A stretch of DNA of 64,000 nucleotides from Cyanidioschyzon merolae (taxonomy: Eukaryota). The DNA lies in NCBI GenBank assembly GCA_000091205.1, contig AP006493.2; one strand, 5' to 3'. A program made the position numbers and the translations under genes. The notes under the pieces are model-generated. The model ran no database searches, was not told where the DNA came from, and was given only the letters and a program-made list of their open reading frames with translations. Of this stretch, positions 56,099-64,000 are shown piece by piece; the first letter of the stretch is position 1; each line of letters starts with the position of its first letter.

Positions 56099-59000
56099 TC
56101 AGAGGTCGGTCCCGAGTCCCCGTCGCATTCGTACGATGCGCACCAGCCAGGGTGCAAGGGTGTTTTCGGTTACGGTGCTGTCGTCCGAGGCAACAACTGC
56201 CTCTAGAGGTGGGCATTCCACACTGTCCGCATCACCTGGAACTGGAATCCAGCGGGCACTGCACGTCGGCATGACAGCTGGATCGACAGTTGCTTGCACA
56301 CTTGCCTGCCCGTGGCTCTGAAATCGCAACATCACTTCGAGGCCGGGAACAAGCACCCGCGCCGGAACATCACTGTCAACGATCACGAAACAGGTGCCTG
56401 GAATGGGCCACTGCTGCCGGATTTCGACAAGTTCAGAAGCCTTGCGCAAGCGACGGCAAATGAGCTCGGCTTTTTCGGCGCGCACCACGGCTTGCAAACG
56501 GAAGCAAGGCTCTAGAATCTGCATCTTGGCATCAAGAAGCGCCCTATGCGCTGCCTGTCGAGCTAGGAGCACCAGGCGAGTTCGCATCCGATGCCAAGCG
56601 GACCAACATGGAGGTGGTGCTTCCCAGGCAGAGCTCCCGCAAATGCACTCGAGAGCACGCACGTGGTAACGAACCCCAACGACAGGACCTTGAAGAAGCG
56701 GACCCCGCCGACTCGCCAACCGAAGACCTTCCCAGAGGGCCTGGAGTGTCACCGGCAGCCCAGACGGCGCTGTTGTCCCATCCAGATCGGCTGCAAATTC
56801 CACTTCGAGCGCTTCTGGCTGCACAGCGGCCTCAGCAGGTAGACTCCGTCGCTCAAAACGAACGCTATTCGGCAGTGGATGCAGGGCATGCACAACTACC
56901 GGGTGAGGCCCCGCGTTCGGCTCTCCTGCCTGCTGAGCTGGAGCCCGGCGCGAAGCGTGCACCGGTTCCACGTAAAGCACGACTCGCGGCTGATGAAATG
57001 CCGCGTCCTCGTTGTCGCTCCATTCGTTGGGCTCGGGAGAGAAGAATTCGTCTTCCGAAACCAAGAATGACTTTGGCGACGACCACAACGCAGTCTGGTC
57101 GCTCCGCGTGCGTCCATCACGGCCTCGCAAGCCTACTTGCACTTTTGCTGCACCGGCTTGGATCGTTTCCCGTAACGCATCCACAAAGGGTACCGGATTT
57201 GTACGCAGGCAACGCCATACCAGACTCAAATGCCGTTGCACCAAATATCGACGAAGCTCATGAAGTATAACATCCAGATAGAGTTCCCCTGGGCCGTAAA
57301 CAACACCAGCAGTTGAAGCTGTTCGAAAACCGTGTGCTGCATCACCATGAACGCTACCGTTACCATCAAATCCTGTGGCGGGATGTGTTCGAACAATAAT
57401 TGCCAAAGCTTGGCGAAGCTGCTCAGCGCTCGCTGTGCTGGTGCTGTACTGCGCAACCAAATCTGCCGTCAAGCTCTCTGCAGTTCTGTGCACCTCCGGC
57501 AAACACGGTGCAAGCGCTATACCGTAGATAGGCATTGCGTGATAGCCCAGCGCTCTGTGCAAGCGATAAACGCACGCGTCCAGCGTCTTGGAGTACGGTC
57601 CATCGGAACAACGGAGGCCAAAGCAGTAGGTTCCGCGTGATGGCGGATAAACCCTGGGCAGAAGCACTAAACCGCCGGCGGCGACTTGCTCAACGTCGTA
57701 CCAGACGCGTCCGAAAGCCACCTGCAATTGCGTGATCATTGTTGTTGTTGTTGTTGTTGTTACCGACGACGGCTTGCATCGGTCAGCGCCCGGTTGAACT
57801 GCAAACAGCTGATCAGCGCGTAGCGGTCGTGCACCGCAAACACGGCCCACAGCAACGGTATCGGTGCCGTCCAGCGAACGCCAGTGTGTCGCTACCAGCA
57901 CAGTGGTCTCCGTCTCAGCGCAGTGCTCCGGGAACCATTTCGAGTGGCGACGACGACGGGTCAGCGTTCCAAACAACGCTGTTGGCGAGCCCAGTACCAT
58001 GTCGAAGACAACACGGAGAAGAGCCCATGGGCCTGAGTCTGCCGCCTGCTGGAGCATCTCCAGATCCGTAGGCGCCTCTCGCTGACTCGATGCTGCTTGA
58101 GGCTCGAAAGCACGCGGAGTTCCCAGAGCTTGCACATTGACCAGCAGCTGCTCCAGCGATCCGCTCCCAGACTCATGGGTCGCACATAGTGCAATCGTCT
58201 TGTAGAGAGGCTCCAGAACAAACTCAACAAATGATCGCTTTGCCGTGCCCAGCGTCCAGGCGACAGCGGCTTTGCGTAGAAACAAGCCGGTGGGCTTGTC
58301 GTAGACCCGGTCGCCCCAGAGCGAGGCAGCGAGTGTTCGTTTCCTCGCTCGGCGCTTCCGGAGCGCGCCCTGAACGCCACCGGTCCACGAACGTTCACGC
58401 TGCACCTCCAAAGCCGAACCATACCACTTCTCGACAATGTCCATGAGGCTGAACGCTATGTTCAGCTTTGCAGACGTGAATAGGACATTGGCATGTGGTG
58501 GCCTTGGGTCAAAGTACGGGACCTTCTGAGGCTGCAAACGTTCAATAAGGCTGTTGAGCGCATCGATGATGCCTTTCAACTTAAGGTACACGGCATCAGG
58601 CGGATACCGCAACTCAAGTATCAAGCGGTCGAGCTGCGTCAACACCAGGATCAGCGGAAGCGACATCTCCAGCGCCAAGGCGACGACTCGCTCTGTACCT
58701 AGCAGGACGCCTTCGGCACTGTCGACCACCAGAAGCACTGCATCTGCGAGCGTTGCACCCACCACAACCTGATCGAAGAAGTCTGCATGTCCGGGAGCAT
58801 CCATCAGCGTCACCAGTTGAGATACACCGTGCTCGTCTGGTACCCAGAGCGGCATGAAAGCAAGCTGAAGCGACATTCCTCGGGAGAGTTCGTCCCGACG
58901 CGTATCCGTCCAGCGCGGTTGTTGCTGGTGTCGCCGCGGGCCTATCATGTAACGGGTTGCTGCAGCCGGATGCAGCTGGTGACTTACCAACAAGTCGATG

Positions 59001-59425
59001 AGGCTTGTTTTTCCATGATGGTAGTGACCCGCAACCAGAATGTTCCAGATACGCTCGGGACCGGCGTGTTTCGCAAGATGCAAAAGGTACCTTCGCGACA
59101 CCTTGAAGCGCAGTGGTCGCGCCTGGACATAGAACCCAGCGTCGCTCGGTGCCTGATGTCGCTTTGGTGCTCGCGTGCGTACGCGAGTGAGTGCAGGGAT
59201 TGGTTCAGGGGTTTGTGTCTCTTGGATGCGGTGACGTTTGCGCAACCTTCGACGCGGAATCGCTAGCGGTAAGCCGGGTGTGGTTGCTGTAAGCGTCTCG
59301 ATAGCTGGCACACATTCGTCGGAAGCTACGGCCTCCAGAGCGTCAGAACGTCCGTGTCGTGCGCCACCATGAACCAGGATACTGCCGACCTCATCAGTTT
59401 CGCCACCACGAAACGCTGAACTCAT
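56099..59425 (-). CDS. SNU114: U5 snRNP GTPase Snu114 / EFTUD2, an EF-2-family spliceosomal GTPase, with lineage-specific insertions including a poly-Thr tract.
   Basis: The G-domain motifs are NILVAGHYHHGKTSLIDLL (Snu114-type GHLHHGKT P-loop), DAPGHADF and DRLILELRYPPDAVYLKLKGIIDALNSLI. The last matches human EFTUD2 [29 protein letters not shown]. The 1108-aa length and EF-2-like C-terminal domains fit. Confidence 0.8.
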   Translation of the reverse strand: MSSAFRGGETDEVGSILVHGGARHGRSDALEAVASDECVPAIETLTATTPGLPLAIPRRRLRKRHRIQETQTPEPIPALTRVRTRAPKRHQAPSDAGFYVQARPLRFKVSRRYLLHLAKHAGPERIWNILVAGHYHHGKTSLIDLLVSHQLHPAAATRYMIGPRRHQQQPRWTDTRRDELSRGMSLQLAFMPLWVPDEHGVSQLVTLMDAPGHADFFDQVVVGATLADAVLLVVDSAEGVLLGTERVVALALEMSLPLILVLTQLDRLILELRYPPDAVYLKLKGIIDALNSLIERLQPQKVPYFDPRPPHANVLFTSAKLNIAFSLMDIVEKWYGSALEVQRERSWTGGVQGALRKRRARKRTLAASLWGDRVYDKPTGLFLRKAAVAWTLGTAKRSFVEFVLEPLYKTIALCATHESGSGSLEQLLVNVQALGTPRAFEPQAASSQREAPTDLEMLQQAADSGPWALLRVVFDMVLGSPTALFGTLTRRRRHSKWFPEHCAETETTVLVATHWRSLDGTDTVAVGRVCGARPLRADQLFAVQPGADRCKPSSVTTTTTTTMITQLQVAFGRVWYDVEQVAAGGLVLLPRVYPPSRGTYCFGLRCSDGPYSKTLDACVYRLHRALGYHAMPIYGIALAPCLPEVHRTAESLTADLVAQYSTSTASAEQLRQALAIIVRTHPATGFDGNGSVHGDAAHGFRTASTAGVVYGPGELYLDVILHELRRYLVQRHLSLVWRCLRTNPVPFVDALRETIQAGAAKVQVGLRGRDGRTRSDQTALWSSPKSFLVSEDEFFSPEPNEWSDNEDAAFHQPRVVLYVEPVHASRRAPAQQAGEPNAGPHPVVVHALHPLPNSVRFERRSLPAEAAVQPEALEVEFAADLDGTTAPSGLPVTLQALWEGLRLASRRGPLLQGPVVGVRYHVRALECICGSSAWEAPPPCWSAWHRMRTRLVLLARQAAHRALLDAKMQILEPCFRLQAVVRAEKAELICRRLRKASELVEIRQQWPIPGTCFVIVDSDVPARVLVPGLEVMLRFQSHGQASVQATVDPAVMPTCSARWIPVPGDADSVECPPLEAVVASDDSTVTENTLAPWLVRIVRMRRGLGTDL

Positions 59426-61904
59426 GAACCCTCTATCGGGTCTCGGTGTCTGTCAGCAGCGCTCGTGACGGGTACACACGTTGAAGCGTACGCTCCTCGA
59501 GGCTGAGGTCCCTCGCACACAGAACTAAAAAACGCTACCAATGGAGTTCCGGAACTGTTCCGCGGTCGACGGACGCTTGCGAAGCGCTAACCAAGTTCTT
59601 AAAGTTGAAAATGAACCAGCATGAGCGCTGTGAAACAACGGGAAGCCCACTGGCCAGCCCTGGACTCGAACGAAGCCTAAACGCTACCGCAAGCACGTCG
59701 ATGCAGTTCGATCGCTACAGAAGTCGCTCCCGTTAACCCCAAACTCGACGGTTACTGCTATCCAGCTGGACTTTCTTGCGTTGGCGCAACGTGAGCTGCC
59801 TCATGAAGCGCAGCGTTTTGATTGGAACAGTCATTTCGGGAACTCTTGGATCAGCGTCCGCTTCTTGTTTGTTTTTTTTGCTCGCTGGTATTCGATTACA
59901 GGAATGTATCTCTATAGATTGGAGAAAAAGTTGCGAGAATACTTAACGCTGTTATGGCGAGCGCATGGAAAGCGGCATGATTGGAACAAGTCCGGTATGC
60001 TAGGGTGACCATGGGGCTGAACCACGCTTCGTAATGCCCTAATCCTGAAAGTGATGCGCCCTGAACAGCGCTTGTACGACACAATCTACATCAAGCTGCC
60101 CTTATCAATCCATCGCATATCACAAGTTCACTAAGAAATACGATCAAAGAAGGCACAGGATGTGAAGTTTCCGTTCCGTTGATGCAAACGTCGATGAAGA
60201 GCCGCGGGTTGTCGACGAATCAAGCACGATTGTATGAAATACCGTCGCGCGTTGAACAGTACTCTGTCGATTTCGTCATGAGACAGGAACGCTTATTACA
60301 GAAGGAACAGCTTCCGTTTCACTCGATGGGACTTTATCCAGAAGAAATGGTAGACATGGACATGGGTACTCAAAGAGCGGCAGCACGCTGCTCGAAGAGA
60401 CGAGGCAATCGAGGATTCCGACGACATCTGCACGAGCTGCGATGCGATCGTGTGGTCGCCTCCAAGTCGCCAAAAGAACAGGATTGATCGAGGCCTTGTC
60501 GTTCCTCGAAGAACCCCTCGTGGCATGCCCTTCCCATATTCTTCCGTCTAGCGCTTAGACATCGTCGCGTTCCATCACTAAAAAACGATAAGAGAGCAAG
60601 CGACTGAGATTGACGCTGAGAAGCTCTGTGCCAGCGTATGCTCTCAGTTTCAGTGCAGTTGAAGGCGGCTTTACTGTTGTCTAACACGATTTCCATACGC
60701 ACTGACCCATAACGAGGTCTTTCGCGTCCGTAACACCGCTCTTTGACAACGTGTTCTTCGGCAGGTTTTCCTCTACATTCACCGCCCGTAAATTGCTTTG
60801 TTGCTTGACTGGACGTGGGCGGAAGGCAACGGAGAGGCGTGCTGGGGTTCATTGGCCTCTTGGCGATAGATTAGGTGATGGTAATGTACTTGACGAATCG
60901 TAGATACGTATGTGGAAAAATCGAGTTTCAGTGCCATCGTGCATTCGTATGCGTCAGAGTCGCTGGGAAAACAAACGTAGAGAGAGCCTAGCGGCCGTAA
61001 ATCTTCGATCCCGCCACATAAGTAAAGACGCGAAGATTGAGCTAGTCTCTGAGAGCAAGTATGAGACGTTCAAGCTACCTCACGACGATACTTGGCGGAG
61101 ATCGTGCAAGGTGCCTGGGTCACGCGGTGGAGTAAATACGAAATCTCATGGACGATAAAGACTGGTAGAACCTCAAGATGTATGCACTCTGTGAGACCTC
61201 GGAGAGTGCCCAGCAACCAGGCACATTTTCAACCGATCAACAAGACGAGGAAAATCGAGCGCATTGCATAGCACTCAGTGTAGGCATTGCGCTGAAATGC
61301 TCCAGACATGCGATTCAAATGAGTTGCTAGAGCAGAGCCGCCACAGGCTTCGCGCCTCAAGCAGGACACTAGTAAAGAACGGTTCAGCAATCTAGAACAG
61401 CTCGAGCGTCGCGTACCTACTCCGGAAAGGGTTTCTTATGCGATAAGCAGTCGGCCATGGTGCTCCACGATTCTATACGACTGAATGTAGCAGGGAAGCA
61501 CATGCTACCAGGGAAAGCTCCAAAGTCCAATGAAACGATCATTACGAGCGCTGCCGCGTTCGCTCAGAACATTTCCCAAACGTGGTTCGAATGAGCTGCC
61601 GCTCCCCCGTAGCTGACCCCAACAAGCCGTCCTCAGTTGCCGCGAGAGCAGGACCTCGCGCTCACGCAGATATATGTATGACAATCAAGATGAAGATGGA
61701 GCCTCTGAACCTGTCCAATTCAGACGCTCGTGAGAAATTCCAAGTCAGATGATAGCAAAGCGTTTTCCTTGGGATATGCAGCCGGTTCCATCATAGCACC
61801 AGCCGCTTCTTGCTCGCGAAACCGTGTAATCGTTGTTGAAGATACTGGTACACGCTAGATTGCGGCAGTTTGTATATACAAGTTCATACCAGTGCGCATG
61901 CTCA

Positions 61905-63968
61905 TCAACGATCGTTATCGTCGGCTCGAACAGGATCGATCCACCAGCGGCTCGCATTGTCTTTGCGATCCTCGATGTGAATCGCACCTAGTCGAAACAA
62001 AATATCATCGCGCAACATATCACTCAAACCGTAGAGTGCCTCGGTGGCCTTCTGCGTTGGCTGTGCTGTATCCTGCCGTAGCTGCTTTGCGAGGTTGCGA
62101 ATACGCATACGAAAGTCAACCAGTGCCGCGATAAACGCTGTCGGCACGCGTGATGCAGATGCCTGCGCGTTTGCACTTGAAACTCCCGGAATGCTCTGAA
62201 AGCCCAGGAGACGCAAGATACTCGCGAGGTACTCGCTAGCGACAAGCACTGCGTTGTGCTCTACAGCGTCCATGCGATCAAGGCGACGTCCGCTTTCGAA
62301 ACGATACAATTGGTTGGTGAATTCTACAAGAGCCCGCACAGCTCGCGGAAAGTCGAGGTCATCCGCAAAGGCTTCTGCGAGTGCCCGGTGACATCTCTGA
62401 GACCATTCCGCGAGTTGTGCTGGGACTTTGCGTCCGGTTGGATTCCTCGGAATCGCAGCTTGTGTATGACTCGAGCTAAAGACATCCGGCACTGCGTCAA
62501 CATCGGCAACATGTTCACCAGAAGCTACAGCGAACGACGGCTGCCAGTGCGTGCTCGGAATGTCTCCCTCTATGGATGCGTCCGCAGTTGCAATGGACTC
62601 TTGACCAGCGACACTGAGAGCTCTAGATGACTCTTTGCGAGACTGCGAACGCGCGTCATTGGCTATTCGAGCCAACCAGCCAGTCAGTCGATCCCAGATA
62701 CGTGCCGCCTGCAGTCGCTGCGTGTCACCGAACTCAACCGGAGTGCTGTGTCGATGCATTGCACAGAACATTCGAAATACGTCCGCTTCTCTGCGTATGC
62801 GCATCAAGTCATTCGGGCCTTGTTCGCTCCATCCCAAATAATCCCTAATGCGCCTGGAGTTGCCACGTGATTTGGCCATTTTCTCTCCTCGAATCAGGAG
62901 CGTGCCTGTGTGCATCCATTTTCGGCACCAGGGGCGTACCCGGTGATAACACTCGCTCAGATGCAATTCATTCTCATGATGAGGAAATCGCAAGTCCATA
63001 CCGCCGCTATGCAGGTCGAGATGTGTACCGAACACATGGGCACACATTGCGCTGCACTCAATGTGCCAACCTGGTCTGCCGTAACCAATGCGTTTCTGAT
63101 CATCATTGGCACCATCTGGTACGTAAAAAGGCCAACCAGGCTCCTCGTCCGTTGCTGAGACGGCCTTCCAGAGCGCAAAGTCAGCAGGATGGCGTTTGCC
63201 AGGGACGTTGTCGGCCGCTGGTGTGTTTGCGGCGGTTTCAGTGGCGGTACCGGCATGACTCGCGTCAAGCGCCCGACTGGCATCAAGAACGCCGTACCGA
63301 GACTGGACACGACTAGTATCAAAGCAAACGTCTCCTGATGTGGTTACATAGGCGTATTCCGTATCGAGTAGCCGCCTTGTAAAGGCGCAGATCACCGGTA
63401 TATGCTCGCTAACCCGCAGAATATGAAGCGGCCGCAGTACTCCAAGCAAGTCGAGATCTTCGAAGAAACGCTTTTCAAAAATAGCGGCAATTCTTGAACA
63501 CGTTTGTCCAATGGACTCGTTCGGTAGTCGTTGCTGGCGAGCCCGCTCGATGATCTTATCATCGACATCCGTCACACTCATTGCAGTTATTGGCAAACAC
63601 TGGTACCATTCCCGGATGACACGACGCACCATATCGAAGGTAACATAGGTTCGAGCGTGTCCTAAGTGAGCGTCATCGTATACAGTCGGGCCGCACTGAT
63701 ACCAGTAGAGCGGTTCACCGAGAGCTGGCAGCCACTGCAGGCGTCGCTCACCTGGCAGCGTGGATGCCGCGCTCGTGCCAAGTGGGGTGTTTGTCGGGCT
63801 GAAGCGCCGCACCAACGTCAAGTGGTACGGCTTTCGATGCCACAGGCGGGGAACTCGCACACGGGGCATTGCTCGTAAGCAGATGACGACGACGACGACG
63901 ACGCGGGAACGGCTTCCAGCGTGAAGCTCACTCCGCCTGAGCGCCGTTGCCAGCCTCGACGAATGCAA
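61905..63968 (-). CDS. CARS: Cysteinyl-tRNA synthetase (class I) with N-terminal extension and insertions. The start is uncertain.
   Basis: The zinc-binding/catalytic core reads GWHIECSAMCAHVFGTHLDLHSGGMDLRFPHHENELHLSECY. The KMSKS-type motif is KMAKSRGN. The HIGH-region context is YQCGPTVYDDAHLGHARTYVTFDMV. Confidence 0.88.
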   Translation of the reverse strand: MHSSRLATALRRSELHAGSRSRVVVVVVICLRAMPRVRVPRLWHRKPYHLTLVRRFSPTNTPLGTSAASTLPGERRLQWLPALGEPLYWYQCGPTVYDDAHLGHARTYVTFDMVRRVIREWYQCLPITAMSVTDVDDKIIERARQQRLPNESIGQTCSRIAAIFEKRFFEDLDLLGVLRPLHILRVSEHIPVICAFTRRLLDTEYAYVTTSGDVCFDTSRVQSRYGVLDASRALDASHAGTATETAANTPAADNVPGKRHPADFALWKAVSATDEEPGWPFYVPDGANDDQKRIGYGRPGWHIECSAMCAHVFGTHLDLHSGGMDLRFPHHENELHLSECYHRVRPWCRKWMHTGTLLIRGEKMAKSRGNSRRIRDYLGWSEQGPNDLMRIRREADVFRMFCAMHRHSTPVEFGDTQRLQAARIWDRLTGWLARIANDARSQSRKESSRALSVAGQESIATADASIEGDIPSTHWQPSFAVASGEHVADVDAVPDVFSSSHTQAAIPRNPTGRKVPAQLAEWSQRCHRALAEAFADDLDFPRAVRALVEFTNQLYRFESGRRLDRMDAVEHNAVLVASEYLASILRLLGFQSIPGVSSANAQASASRVPTAFIAALVDFRMRIRNLAKQLRQDTAQPTQKATEALYGLSDMLRDDILFRLGAIHIEDRKDNASRWWIDPVRADDNDR

Positions 63969-64000
63969 CGAGCAACCAGGAGCGCGACCTCTGCAACTAG

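Overview
This window looks like nuclear DNA from a GC-rich (roughly 55-60% GC), intron-poor, moderately gene-dense eukaryote. Every gene I recognise reads as a single uninterrupted ORF on mixed strands, about one gene per 3 kb. Several products are plastid- or organelle-type: EF-P with an N-terminal extension, a CnfU-type NFU protein with a degenerate second domain, a BSD2-like CxxCxGxG zinc-finger protein, and a YlmH-like S4 protein. Together with plant-type iPGM these suggest a plastid-bearing protist or alga; a Cyanidioschyzon-like red alga would fit, but that is an inference I cannot test here. Confident genes are YIF1, EF-P, cofactor-independent phosphoglycerate mutase, a CrcB/FEX fluoride channel, Sec61 alpha, UBC9, ALG5, an MSH4-like MutS homolog, PAM16/TIM16, NFU, DBR1, Snu114/EFTUD2 and cysteinyl-tRNA synthetase. 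The most unusual region is a ~2.4 kb AT-richer island at ~32.6-35.0 kb. It carries fragments, split across three reading frames, of what looks like a TnpB/Fanzor-type RuvC nuclease (the eukaryotic OMEGA family), probably a decayed mobile element. Other accessory structure includes a 78/79-bp hairpin-containing minisatellite upstream of PAM16, a 1.28-kb direct repeat present twice 14.8 kb apart (one copy directly abutting the minisatellite), and at least three short dispersed conserved noncoding motif families. There is also a long Ser/Pro-rich ORF ending in a GATA-like zinc finger with an unusually long loop. I could not identify any tRNA, rRNA or snRNA gene by eye.
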